From Octopus sinensis (Eukaryota), in the NCBI RefSeq assembly GCF_006345805.1, contig NC_042998.1:170934001-170998000 (forward strand): a stretch of DNA of 64,000 nt, given 5' to 3'. Position numbers and translations under genes: made by a program. This document shows, one piece after another, positions 1-12,982 of this stretch. The notes under the pieces were generated by a model. That model had not been told where the DNA came from. It ran no database searches and worked only from the letters and a program-made list of their open reading frames with translations. Each line of letters opens with the position of its first letter. Position 1 is the stretch's first letter.

Positions 1-280
1 TAATTTCTGTATAGCCTTTTTAATGATTACTTCAACAAGGTGTCTTGTGCAAGCTTACATTCAAATATTAGAATGCTAAATACTGTATTAATTTTCATCT
101 TTAATACTTTATTAAACCTGTCTATATTAGAGGAATATATTAAATGTGTCTTTTAAAATGTATTGGATTCTCATTTTATGTGATGGCAGTTTGAATTTTA
201 AAAAGATATATCAATGAATTTTAGACAATTTTTTTAATTAGATATATTTTCAATTTTAATGCTTTAAAACATGCTAATTG

Positions 281-584
281 TATGTAAAAGAACCATCCGA
301 ACGTGGCCGTTGCCAGTGCCGCCCCGGCTGGCCTCCGTGCCGGTGGCACGTAAAAAGCACCAACCGATCATGGCCGCTGCCATCTTCGCCTGACACCTGT
401 GCCGGTGGCACGTAAAAAGCACCCACTACACTCACGGAGTGGTTGGCGTTAAGAAGGGCATCCAACTGTAGAAACACTGCCAGATCAGACTGGGCCTGGT
501 GCAGCCCCCTGGCTTCTCAGACCCCAGTCGAACCGTCCAACCCATGCTAGCATGGGAAGCGGACGTTAAACGATGATGATGATG
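281..584 (+). mobile_element. Family B repeat (RTE-LINE 3'-UTR-derived, (GAT)n tail)
   Basis: Motif AAAAAGCACCCACTACACTC..GGAGTGGTTGGCGTTAGGAAGGGCATCC..CCAACCCATGCTAGCATGG..GTTAAACGATGATGAT recurs more than 10 times in the window. At 12983-13655 the same sequence is contiguous with an RTE ORF2 C-terminus. Confidence 0.85.
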
Positions 585-1102
585 TAATTCAGCTATCTGT
601 ACAAAAGAGTTTTTAAATGTAGTGTCCCAACCTTTAGTGAGTTAAAACTGGCAGAGACTGTATCTACTGTTGTGTCTCTAGTAAAGATTCACACACAAAT
701 CAATGTCTCACCTACTTAAGTTATCAGCTGAAGTAATGCTCAGCACTTCAGGCAATGAAGTTCCTCTATAGTTTGTGAAGGCTTTATTAGCTTGCACTTC
801 TGAGGTTAAGTACCTCAAACAGCTTGAAGAAATCTGGGGTATATTTTTTATTGAATTGTTAGATGAAAACCAGTGTTTAGTGGTGTATCAATGACTTAGT
901 GACAGTTTATTATAAATGAAATTGCACTTGATAAAAGTTATTTCCATAATAGAAAAACTCTTTATAAAAGAACTTATGTCAAAGATATTTGATGAAAGTT
1001 TGTTATTAAGAATTACATTATTCTGATGTTTGTAAGACATTGCTATATCTATCAATTATTTCATGTTATTTTTCATTCTCGATTATCCCAAATAACATTC
1101 AG

Positions 1103-1111
1103 GGAGAACAA
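1103..1111 (+). CDS. Candidate 9-nt microexon (GGAGAACAA) of the + strand gene
   Basis: Pyrimidine-rich upstream region ending CATTCAG, 9 nt, then GTGAGT donor; frame-preserving. No transcript evidence. Confidence 0.3.
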
Positions 1112-3325
1112 GTGAGTTGTTTCAATTCAAATATTATATATATTAATTTTCTTTTCTTTCTTCATGCTTGTTAACATCTTGTTTTAGAAGTTTTACATAG
1201 AACCACAGTACATAGATATTGAGTTGTTATGCAAGGTTGTATTTTTTTAATTTTTGTAACACCATGTTAGTTGTCTTTGTGTTTGTCTTCAGATTTTATT
1301 TTCAATGGCTGTCTATTTAGCAGCATGAATTTTATTAGTTATTTATTTATAAGAAGCATTATGTTACTTGATACTAATACAGCGGTTAATTTAGCAACTA
1401 CCAGGTGATGAAATTAATATAGTTTAGCATAACAATCTCTGTTAAAACTATATCATATATTTACGATGTGCCACTAAAACATTGTCTTTTTTATATTCTC
1501 TTGTATTAAGTCTAGTGTATAGTTGTCTAAATATGTGGCATCTATTTTGTTAGTTTTCAAGTTTATTTTATTTTTGCACTTTGCTCTGATACAGTATTTA
1601 ACTGGTATTAATTGTGGGTAAAGGTTTCTTGATATTTATCAGTTTAACATTTATTTCTTATTTATTGAAACAGTTTTTTCATTTTTTCAATTCCGAATGA
1701 TGTCAAAAATTTAAGTATTTCATTCTAAATTAATCAGTAACATATACTTTGTGGTGATGGGTATTTATTAAATTTATATATTATTCATTTGCAAAATAAA
1801 TGAAAACCAAAAATCTACATTAATTTTGTATAATTTGATTTGCTTAATGTGTTGAAAAAATACAAGAAATATATGGATATTTGAAGCTGATATGGGTGTT
1901 TTTGAAGTAGAGGATAAATAGACAGTAACAAAACAACAAGAAAACATTTTAAATGAAAATTTCTATGAGACCTCAGAATATTCAACCTTGGGGATAAAAG
2001 TATGGAAAATGTGTTGCATAATCCTCATACAATTTATGTTAGCATGGAGAAGTAGTGGTTGAAGATTTCTTGATTAGTCATTAAGGAACAGTAAGTAAAA
2101 ATAAAACAAGCTCCAAAGTGATGAGAAATAATTCTTTTGATTTTTATTAATTACTTACTTCAATTTTTTAAAGGTAAATTTAAAGAACACATGTTATTTC
2201 AATTATAATTATGGTCAATCAAGGGTCATTCAGTTGGTGTAAAAAAATGGAATTGGGGCCTAGAGCTGATTTTATTATGCATTTGTTTTACCTCTCTCTT
2301 TTACTGTGGTTGCATGACTAAATATAATTTGGAGAAATTGCATTTGTAATTGGGTGTCATTAGTCAAGCTTGAAGCAAGCAAAGTTATGTACCTTACTTA
2401 CTAGCACTCAGTAATTAGATTTGACCCAAGTTAATTATTTTTAATATGATAAGATATGCTAATTGTTGCAAACATGGCCAATAGATAATTGTTTTGCTAA
2501 AGATTGCTATAGATAATTGTTTTGCTAAAGAAATTTTTCATTTCAAAGAATAAGTATTTTAACACCTTCTCTAAATTTTACAATTACAACATTCTGTATT
2601 GTAGCATTCTGCCAAATAAATAAAATAATATAAAAAGTCATACACAAATTTTCTTGTAATAAAAAAAATTTCAACGAACTGACTGTTTCTAATTACAGTC
2701 ATTTTCTGTACATTTCTTTTAATAAGATAACTGGTTAGTGCTCTATTTAGTTATTATTTGTAATTTTCATTCATTTAAAGGTGAGGTTAGACTTGTAGTA
2801 CATTTTAGTTGATAAATTCTACAAGTTGAGGAAATAAATTTTCCATAGATCTTTCCTAAATAGCTTAAAGCTTCTGTATTGCAGATGTTATCAAATAAAC
2901 TGTTTTCCTCACTTTAATTAGGAGTAAAAAAGAAAAGGAAAAACGAAAAACCTGTCCAGTTATGAATAATTGCTAACTTTATACAAAATCACCAACATTC
3001 CCCATTGCATCATATAAAATGATACCTAATTTACCAGAAAAGCTTCTCTTTATTAATCATAAGTAATTTAATCACAAATGAATCATCATCTTGTTGATTA
3101 CTCTCCTTCCTGTTATATCTACAATAAATCACAGATATCAACCAAACTTCACTAAAACTTCATATGCACTTCTTACCAATGGGTTTCACCTCTTCAATAT
3201 CTGCACATAGAAGCCTTTCTTCTTAAACAACTCTCTAGAGTTTCTTGTTAGTGTTTTCTCTACACACCAAACAAAATGATCTGCTCTACATTCTTTCCAT
3301 TTCATTTACTCACTGATAATCAAGT

Positions 3326-3330
<5 letters not shown>

Positions 3331-3380
<50 letters not shown>
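3331..3380. repeat. (TA)n microsatellite; similar tracts at about 3826-3868, 4338-4376, 4560-4593, 5855-5890, 15679-15706, 15818-15848, 28655-28773
   Basis: Direct reading; source of the YIYI/IYIY ORFs. Confidence 0.95.
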
Positions 3381-3384
<4 letters not shown>

Positions 3385-3584
3385 TTGATAATATAATAAA
3401 CACTTATGTTTAAGCTACAGATCTGAAAATAGAGTTTCCTGTACACATAATTAACGAAATTTTGAAGTAATTTATGATCCCTGTGTTATTGGCTAGATGT
3501 TTGTAATTGGATTTAGCTGTAAATATCTTTTTGATTTTTGATCTCCCATTTCATACACATGAATGCACATACACATATGCACAG

Positions 3585-3745
3585 ATATGGCTATGTAGTT
3601 AAAAAATTTGCTTCCCAATCACATGATTTCAAGTTTAATCCCACTGCATGGTACCTTGAGCAAGAGTCTTTTACTATAGCACTGAGCTAACCAAAGTCTT
3701 GTGAGTGAACTTGGTAGGCGGAAAGGAGCCTATCATATATATTTA
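3585..3745 (+). mobile_element. Family A tRNA-derived SINE (degenerate)
   Basis: Matches head TGGCTGTGTGGTAAG..GGTTCAGTCCCACTGCGTGGCACCTTGGGCAAG..GCCTTGTGAGTGGATTTGGTAGACGGAAACTG seen in several other copies. Confidence 0.75.
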
Positions 3746-3824
3746 TATTATCATCAGCTAATGTCCATCATCCATGCTTATATGGGTTGGATAGATCAAC
3801 AGAATCCAACAAACCAGAGGGCTG

Positions 3825-3872
<48 letters not shown>

Positions 3873-4311
3873 AAATGAACAAAAACAGAAAACAAATTAT
3901 TGATATTTCAGATATTTCATTATGTATATTTCAGTAATCAGAAATCAATCAGATTGATTACAAATTATTTCAACAAATGACAATACTGAAGTAGGAAACC
4001 CATTCTAGATGTCTCATTATATATATATATACCAAATGAATCATGTGTCAACCAAGAAGAGTAAAAGGAATAACATAAGCTAGAAAAGATCAAAGCAATC
4101 ATGATAAAGTTTGGGATAAGTAGTGCAAAAGGAAACATAACACTTAAGAACAAATAACATAAAAATACACCACAAAGAATTAAAGAGATAATGTCTATTT
4201 TTATATTTGTTCTTATGTATTGTTTTGACTCAGCATTGCTTATCCTAAATTTCTTTATAATTGCTTTGGTCTGTTATCTATTATGTTGTTTTGTTTTCTT
4301 CTTTATTTGCT

Positions 4312-4377
<66 letters not shown>

Positions 4378-4379
<2 letters not shown>

Positions 4380-4558
4380 TCATCATCATCGTTTAACGTC
4401 TTTTCCTTGCCAGCATGGGTTGGATGGTTCAACTGGGGTCTGGGAAGCCAGGAGGTTGCACCAGGCTCCAGTCTGATCTGGCAGTGTTTCTACAGCTAGA
4501 TGCCCTTCCTAACGCCAACCACTACATGAGTGTAGTGGGTACTTTTTACGTGCCACCA
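4378..4558 (-). mobile_element. Family B repeat
   Basis: Starts CATCATCATCGTTTAACGTC..CATGGGTTGGATGG, the reverse complement of the 281-584 copy. Confidence 0.85.
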
Positions 4559-4597
<39 letters not shown>

Positions 4598-5169
4598 AGG
4601 GTTGCTATATATAACTTTATGGGTATTGCAAAAGTGTTTATAGTGTTTACAGAAACTGAAGGACCGCTGCAATAATTGTGTAAATCTGAGAGGGGGATAT
4701 GTTAAATAAAATCATAACTAACTGATTCTCCTGTATTTCCTGTTATTCAACGCAAGGAACTTTTCAACACCACCTCATATGTGTGTGTGAAGAGAATACT
4801 ACAATGACTTTTATATTCTTGTCCAACCCATGATAGCATGGAAAACGGAAGTTAAATGATGATGATGATTTCAATATTGTTGTCTGATGAAATGATCTGT
4901 AATCAATTTGGTTACTGAAGCCTACATACTAAAATAGTTGAAGTATTAGTGTTTTATAATTTTTGTCCATTTCAACTTTGTTGCTTGTTACTATGTTATA
5001 GCATGATTCCATATTAATGCTTCAGATTGCATTATATGGGAGTGGGAATTTAACATAGCCAAACATCAAAGCCTAACATCTTGGTAATTTGTCATGCATT
5101 CTGCACATCAATAACTATATGTATGTGTGCATGTTTGTGTTTGTTTACATTTGCACTCTACAGGTATGA

Positions 5170-5419
5170 GTGGTATTACAGTTCTATATTTGAGAGCTGA
5201 GGAATTATGTACATTATTTACATTTGACATATTTGTCCTCATCTTGTTTGTTGTTAACATTTCGGCTGATATACTCTCCAGCATTCTTCAGAATCTGGGT
5301 TCTCATTCCTAAGGTATTTTTTGATGCTATTATTATTCAGGTCACTGCCTGGAATCGAACTTGGAATCTTGGGGTTAGTAGCTCACGCTCTTAAACCCTA
5401 TGCCATGTACCTGTGGGCA
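5170..5419 (-). mobile_element. Family H SINE (tRNA head plus hammerhead-like 3' part), monomer with internal deletion
   Basis: Same sequence family as both arms at 17482-18027. Degenerate A/B boxes on the - strand. Retains CTGAAGA..GCTG-GAGAGTATAT-CAGCC-GAAA. Confidence 0.8.
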
Positions 5420-5842
5420 ATTATGGAGTGAATTTTAAGGTTTATAAACCTAATATTTTCCTCAGTGCTGTCTTCTCAGTACAGAGAAGATAATGAATTT
5501 ATTTTTCATCATTTGATAACTACATGAAAGTTCTAATTAGAACCATCACAAATTGTTAAATGAATCAATGAGAATGTCTATATGGAATTTAGGGAAAAAT
5601 GGCTCAATAAGCTTACTGAAATATGCACTAATGGCTTGTAGTTCATATTTTACCAGTTCTATTCTTTACTTTATACATACATACATACAAATATATATAT
5701 TAAACATGTAGATACATAGTGTCATATAAATGTACACACATGTTTAGGTGTGTGTACATTTGGTGAATGTAATTCTATATACACCTATATATGCTTGTAC
5801 ATATATATATACATATATTCACACTGAACAAGAGAGAGAGAA

Positions 5843-5894
<52 letters not shown>

Positions 5895-6082
5895 CATGGA
5901 GTGAGAGTGTGTGTGTGTGTGTATGTATATATCATCATCATCATCATATATGTATATACATGTATATATATGATATAACATAACACTATATATACATACA
6001 TGTTTGGGAGTGTGTACAAGTAATGACTATAAGTTTGTATAAGCCAATGTGAGTGTGTGTGTGTGTATATATATATATATAG

Positions 6083-6225
6083 TCTGATCTGGCAATGTTT
6101 CCAGCCATAGAAACATTGCCAGATCAGACTGGGCCTGGCGCAGCCTTCTGGCTTCCCAGACCCCAGTTGAACCGTCGAACCCATGCTAGCATGGAAAGCG
6201 GACGCTAAACGATGATGATGATGAT
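6083..6225 (+). mobile_element. Family B repeat, 3' part
   Basis: AGAAACATTGCCAGATCAGACTGG..CCATGCTAGCATGGAAAGCGGACG..GATGATGAT. Confidence 0.85.
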
Positions 6226-6720
6226 AGATGGTGACTGTATACATAGCGTCATATAAACATATACATACATGTGTAAAAACTTTATTCTATCACTTTTGTC
6301 AATAGTGTATATTTTAGTAAGCTTATTGTGCTATTTTTACCTATTTTTTCACTTGTGCCATTGCTACTATTCACCATCTGTATGTGGTTACTTGACTTGC
6401 TAGACATAGCAGCCAAATCATCCTCATGTCACATCTCATTATCCTTAAAAAAGAAGAGCACATTTGATAATATAATCCAAGATATGTGTTTAATCATATC
6501 TGCTTGACCAGATCTGAGTGTTATAGCAAATTTATTTAAATTATGAGCTAAAGCTAATTTTTCTTCTATTTATTATTGTAGTTTTGATTATGTTTTCCAA
6601 TTTAGTGTTGAGTTAATTTGCAATCCTTTATTTTTAGTTTTTTGCCATGTATTTGATAAATTGATATATTAACTAGAAAATGATTCCATACTAAAATTTT
6701 TTTTTCTTTTTCTAATTTAG

Positions 6721-7862
6721 GGCGAAGTCATCCTGTGCGCACATCTACGGCCATTGGACAAAATCAAGTACCAGTGTCCCCTATTCCACGGAAAGGGTTA
6801 TCTCCAAGCAAAACAAGCCCATTGTATGCACATATGTCAAATAAAGCAAGCAGTCAAGGAAAACAACCCAATACCTTGGAAGTTAATAAAATTGCATCTA
6901 ATGATGTCGAGGAAGGGATTGATGCTGTAGCATTCCAGAGTTTGAATCAACCATGTGACAGTAAAAAAACACATCATGTAGGGCAAAGCACTAATCCCAT
7001 GAACATACAAGAGATTCCATTGGAGGACTTATCTCGTAAAGGCCGAAAAAGTAAATCTGAAGGCGAGCGGCGGTCATTTTCATTTGGGGGTAGTCATCGG
7101 TCAGAACACAGTAGGAGTCACTCACACAGCCCTCGTAGAATACGAAGTGGTTCTAGTCCTGCATCCTACTCTCCAGACCGTCGTAGCAGTCGTGTTCGGT
7201 CAGTGTCATCAGACAAAAGTAAACATGACAGAAATAGTGACAGCCATTCAACAATCACACCTGGTTCCTGCTCTCAAAGTGGCTCACAGTCTTCATCAGA
7301 CAATAGTCCAGAATCTACTAAAACCTCCTTGAAAGATCTGGCTAAACTGTTACAATCCCCCAAAACTCTACGACCTGCAGAGGCTCCAACATTGTCTCTT
7401 TTAGTAGATGGAGAAAAAACTGATCCGGGGAGTCCAACCCTGCTACCTCCAATGGAGACACATATAGTGAAAGTGAAAGCAAACAGCTTTAATGGTGCTG
7501 CCAGCGCCTCTTCAACATCTGCATCAGATGAAGACAATAGTGAAGAAGCTATACGTAGCCCAATTATTGTGCCAATGCGAGGAGTTAGCTCTCCTTCGGT
7601 ACAGCTCACCCGTTTAGCCCAGATAGTACAACAGCACTATAAGTATGCTGATAACAACAACGAACATGCACAGCTGGTGTTTTCTCCAGCAGAACCACCT
7701 GCTGAAATTGGTCAGCCAGTTGAAGCAGATGATGTTTTGGACTCTCCGGTTAATGGTGTCCCATCAGCAGCACTTAGTGATGTCACAAAACACTCATCTC
7801 CAGTTAACAGTGTCCTGTCACCACCATCCACTGATATTGTGGAACAGTCCACTTTGGGATAA
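6721..7862 (+). CDS. Terminal coding exon of an unidentified gene; about 380 aa, Ser/Arg/Pro-rich, predicted disordered
   Basis: Strong acceptor (T-rich tract..CTAATTTAG at 6720). Phase-1 open frame RSHPVRTSTAIGQ..EQSTLG ending TAA at 7860-7862. More than 1.1 kb without a stop in AT-rich DNA. No recognisable domain. Confidence 0.8.
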
Positions 7863-8719
7863 AAAAATTCTATTTATTGTTGCTGATATGTTTGTGTAGT
7901 TCAGAAAAAAAAGAAGAAAAAACTAATAAAATTGAAAAATTCCCTAACTCTTTGGACCATTTTAAAATCTAAGATAATTTAATTTGGAACAAATAAAATG
8001 TTATGCTATAAGGAGGCAGAAAAAATGTTAATTAATTTAAAAATTGTAAAATAATATATTAGTTATTACTAAAGAAAAGTAAAAAATTGAACTCTTTGTT
8101 CCCCAAATCCCTGAACCGACCACAAGATTTTTGCAGTACCTTCCTGAATATCTGTTGTTAATAAATTTTTATTTCTGCGCAATAAATTCTTGTTAAAATA
8201 TTTTCTCACCTTTTTATTAGTATTGTTTATTTCTCTTATTCTAATTAGTTTGTAATGATTGGGGAAAAAAATGTATGTTGTAAAAGTACTGATGTTGGTT
8301 TAGATTGGCTGGGTCAGCTGCACAACATATTGCTACTTATTTTGGTTTTTACATTTCTTTTTGAGTTCCACACTCTTTATATTTGATCTCACCATTTCAA
8401 TCTTTTCCACTGTTTCCTTTGCCAACATCACTTTTCTCCATATATCCATATTAAAGGTAATGCTTTTAATAACTAGCTAGATTATTTCTTATATATTGTA
8501 ACTTGTGAATAATAACATTAATAATACAATGAGCCAGTCACTGGTTTACTGCATTTCTGACAGTAGGATAATGTCTGTAACTTGGTGTCTGAAGAACATC
8601 AGTTTTTCACTTATAGACTATAGTAAAAAATAAATCGAAGCATATGATGATGATGTTTGTTAGATAAAGTTTGCATAGGTTGGATTGGTTTTCTCCAGCA
8701 CAGGGTCTTACCACTTACT

Positions 8720-10450
8720 GAGTCCTTGTCTTTCCCTTTAGGAGGTTCAGTCTCTTAATAAATAAGTCTTCACTTTTTCCCATGTCTTTCTCTTCTACAG
8801 TTGCCTTCCGCTTGGATAATTTAATAGTTTTATTCAACTGTCATTCACCATTTGTATCAAATGTCCATACCAATGCAGTCTTTTTCTCTAGCACATTGTG
8901 GGCAACAGAAAAAACTTGTATACTGCTTTACCCTCAGTTCAGTTGTGCTTTATTGTTCACATACATTAAACATTACACAAACAGAGATGCATACTTATAT
9001 CATTTCCTTCTAGTCGTTGCACACCCTCTTCATTCAGTACTCCTGTTTGGCTATCAAGAGCATAACATTTCTTACATGTGCATCATACAATTTGCTCTTC
9101 ACTTACAGAGAGAATTCATTTGCAAGCAGGGATAAATTGTTCTTACTCTGGCTACGATGCACTTGGAATACCAACTCCACTGGTAATTTGGTCATCTAGG
9201 TAACAGAAGCTATCAGCTTTTTCTAGAGAGTTTTCTGTGCATTCAAAAGTATTTCATGAATGTTTTTGTTGTATACAAAGTCTCTCTTTGTGAGCTTATC
9301 TGTAATCCAAATGCCAGATATAGGTGCTCATCTTGTACACCCATTGCTGGCATTTGATGCAATCAGAATTTCAACCTATTTTCTGCATATTGAGTGTGGT
9401 CACTTAGTAGAATCTTTTTTTTCCTCCTTATTAAAACTTTTGTCTTTGCAAGGTTTACTTTGAGGTCTCTCAATTTTAGACTTTGCTCTCATGTTTGGAG
9501 TTTTTCCTTAATTTTTTAACAGACTCACCTACAAAGACTAATCTATGAGCCTAAAGGATTCCTTATGGATAGTTGGTCTTAAATTTCCCTATTGTGACTT
9601 GGGTAACTGTAACAAACAGGAGGCAATGAGCTTCCACACAGTTTTTGTCTGCCAAATTTTATTCACAAAGTATTGGTCAGTGTCATTTCCCTCCAGTTTC
9701 TACAAATCTTCCACATTGAATTTTTATATCACTTTTTACACATGCTTCATACAACACTTCACAAAAACACTTTATTAATGCTTCTCTGAATTTCATCCAC
9801 CTCTTCTTTTTTCTGGCATCTGTACTTGACATCAAAATGCTTCATACTTCCATTCTGACAACACATCATTAGCAAACTTCCTACTCTTAGATCCACTCTG
9901 ATTAGATACACCTGATATCCTGCTACCCACCTATTTTGATACCTTTTTTCTTTCACTCCTTCCATGGCCTCTGTGTTGATTGATACCCTGTTCTCTTCAA
10001 AATCAGTTCTTTGTGACAGTAAGATGTCTTTATGCTGTAGTTCTCTTTCATATTCTCAATCAATATAGGTTTAACAATTGTGTGGAAGTCTCAGCTGACA
10101 GTGAGATGATTTAATTCCCATACCATCTCTCTCCAACTTTTCATTTGCTTCTATATTCACATCATTAATCACCAAAGTTTATTGAAGAATACATTTCTCT
10201 ATTCAGTGTTCAAAAATATCTGCCTGTCTTGCTTTCTGATAAGTACAAAATCAATCTGGTTCTCATGTCCATCACTTGGCTGTATCTGAAAAAGTAAATG
10301 GTGGATAACAATTCTAGGTCTAGGAACTTCAGTAGGATAATTTTGTTTTAGATTATGGAAAAAAAAGAAGAAATTTTGAGGATTTTTGTTTCTGTTATTT
10401 ATATGTAAGAATGGCATATTTAGTAGCATGCTGAACAAAATACCTTTAGC
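8720..10450 (-). mobile_element. Heavily decayed RTE-clade LINE (endonuclease remnant plus C-terminal remnant)
   Basis: - strand peptide QPSDGHENQIDFVLIRKQDR resembles the APE C-terminal IDY/FVL motif (about 10230-10290). 8720-9250 gives LEKADSFCYLDDQITSGVG, like the RTE C-terminus seen at 35940-36140; many stops and frameshifts. Confidence 0.6.
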
Positions 10451-11542
10451 TACATATTTACATTCTGATTTCAAATCCAACCTTGAACCCTAACCATTTG
10501 CCTTTCATCCTCCAAAGGTTGATAAAATAAGTACTTGGATCAATGTAATTAACTGTACCCTAGAAGCCTGGTCCCAACATGGTTTTAAGTTCAGTTAATG
10601 AAACCAATGATAGAATATAATTTCCTCCCAGTAGCAGCTACTAGTCACTTGTGAACAAGTATGACTTAGTGATTCTTTCACTAATTGTTTTAGGTGCCTA
10701 TGTTTGTTGTGAGCAGACATAGACAATCTCTTGGCCCTCCTGTCCTTGCCTCCAGTGGAACATCCAGGATATGGCAGCTGGAGGGAGAGGAGCATAACAA
10801 AATCCTGTTGGTACTCGTTTAAAGCTGAGTTGACTGGAGCAATGTGAAGTGAAGTAATTGCTATCTGGTCCAGGAAATGAACCTATGAATTTATAGGATA
10901 AAAGAAAAATTGGATATACTACTTAGATTTGTTTTTTTTTTTTTGCTACATAAACAGTCTGAATTTATTTTCTTCTAAACATGTACAAATTATTCAGCCC
11001 CTGAAACAATTCAGTATCCTTTTAATTTGCTTGGGAACTGTCAATAATATGCTACTAGTTCATTCTTTACTGAATCAGATGAAATTTCAGTACCTACTTC
11101 TAATTTCCATGGTTTTAAGGGGGATCTTCCTCAGAATTATTCTTTTGTTGGAACTGAATTCAAAACTTTGAGCCAATGGTATTCTCAGTTCTACTTATAG
11201 TAGTGAATGATATCACCTGTTGGTACCCCATTGAATTAGACTCTGCTATTGACAGTTGACTTAGCTAAGAGACACAGTACACTAAGATTATTGTCCAATA
11301 TTCTAATACTATTGTAGTTTTACAACCATTGATCCTTGTTCTTCCCTGTTATTAACACCATCATTACTATAACACATATACAGATAATATCTATCATGAT
11401 ATTCTTAATAGGTTCCAGCATATTTATATGTGAATATGCTAACCACTGTTGTGCTTGGTCATAGGAGAATAATTCTTTTCAATATATATTTTCAAAATAT
11501 CCTCTATCAATACATTACTATAGTTATAATTTATAATATATC

Positions 11543-11845
11543 ACTGTGACCGACCAGGCTATCAGATGCTGCTACACATCGCTGGTCACAATGCGCTTCG
11601 CATTGGTTTTTAGCCTTCAAATGACGCCACCCCGCTGGCTAAGCGAGCAGGCCAACAGAAGAAAGAGTGAGAAAAAGTTGTGGCAAAAGAGTACAGCAGA
11701 GATCGCCAACACCCTCTGCTGGAGCCTCGTGGAGCTTTAGGTGTTTTCGCTCAATAAACACTCACAACGCCCGGTCTGGGAATCGAAACCGTGATCCTAC
11801 GACCACGAGTCCACTGCCCTAACCACTGGGCCATTGTGCCTACAC
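11543..11845 (-). mobile_element. Family D tRNA-derived SINE
   Basis: - strand head TGGCCCAGTGGTTAGGGCAGTGG..GGTTTCGATTCCCAGACCGG (A and B boxes) followed by an unrelated GC-rich body; no 3' acceptor stem. Confidence 0.75.
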
Positions 11846-12514
11846 TTATAATATATATAACTTTATTTAGTGACTGAAATTGCACAACATAGAAATAGAA
11901 TATCCACTTTGTATTTACCTGTACAAATTTCATCTTTTAGAGTACGTGTTCACTGCCTTTCAAATCATCATCATCATCCTCCTCTTCCTTCTTCTTCTTC
12001 TTCCCAGGACTTGACAGAATATCAGTCTTTTCTATTCAAATATTCACTGAGAGAATTCTTTTTTTTTTTTTACTAAGGAAATAATTTTAAGTATAATTAC
12101 AAGAGTATTAATAGATGTTTTTCATTTTTTTGTCATTTAAAAAATTTTCTCTTTATCTTTTTTTCTTTATCATAGTTTTTTTGTTCTTGAAGTACTTTCA
12201 ATATTTGTGTGGTGAAAAAGATAAAATCTTAGTTATCATCAAATTAGTTTTTCTTTACTAATGCTGAAACCCCTTATTTTACCCTCCTAAACTAAACAAA
12301 AAGGGAGCCTCCATGTCTTCATGCGACCTGATCACATGACTATATTCAATGAGAGAGAATAAGAAAGAAAGACAATATAAATCAGTTACTGGTCTGACCA
12401 TTCTGATAAATTTAATTTTGACATTTTCTGTCTCAAAATTAGATATGTTCATTTCAGTATCCCTCTATAAAGCAGATCATCAACTGCAATATTTTAATGG
12501 TAATGATGAATGGA

Positions 12515-12680
12515 TAGTGGCTGTGTGGTAAGTAGCTTGCTTCTCAACCACATGGTTCCAGGTTCAGTCCCACTGCGTGGCACCTTGGGCAAGTGTCTTC
12601 TGCTATAGCCTCGGGCTGACCAAAGCCTTGTGAGTGGATTTGGTAGACGGAAACTGAAAGAAGCCCGTCGTATATGTGTG
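12515..12680 (+). mobile_element. Family A tRNA-derived SINE
   Basis: GTGGCTGTGTGGTAAGTAGCTTGC..GGTTCAGTCCCACTGCGTGGCACCTTGGGCAAG..AAGAAGCCCGTCGT. Confidence 0.9.
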
Positions 12681-12982
12681 TGTGTGTTCTGACAGCAATG
12701 CCTATGATAACACTGGTACCAAATTGTACTGGCTAAAATTAGTGGCCTTTCCTTTGGATAAACATCAGTGGCATGGAAAAGAGTCACTTGCGTACATGGG
12801 CAAATGCTTGTCTTCCTAAAATATCTTGACCAAGCCTGTGCATACACATGCAGATGTCTGATCAATATGGAGGCATTGCAATGGATAAACAAATTGAAAT
12901 AATTGCAATAAAACAAAAATCTGAACAAATATTGAAGTCATTATTGAAAACTAATTGTTACAGAAAATGTCATTCATCATCA

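Noticed and set aside
274-477. Recurrent FLQLDAL../GSGKPGGCTRLQ ORFs (also 4415-4675, 13020-13400, 31844-32236)
   Set aside because: Chance frames within family B repeats.
3701-6244. ORFs rich in YI/IY/TH/CV dipeptides (also 15580-16100, 18117-18335, 28548-28984, 40568-41054, 45434-45859, 54010-54282)
   Set aside because: They are translations of (TA)n, (CA)n, (TACA)n and (TAGG)n microsatellites.
11933-12030. - strand KKKKKEEEDDDDDLKGSEHVL* resembling a terminal exon
   Set aside because: Explained by (CAT)n/(CTT)n low complexity; weak acceptor and no linked exons.
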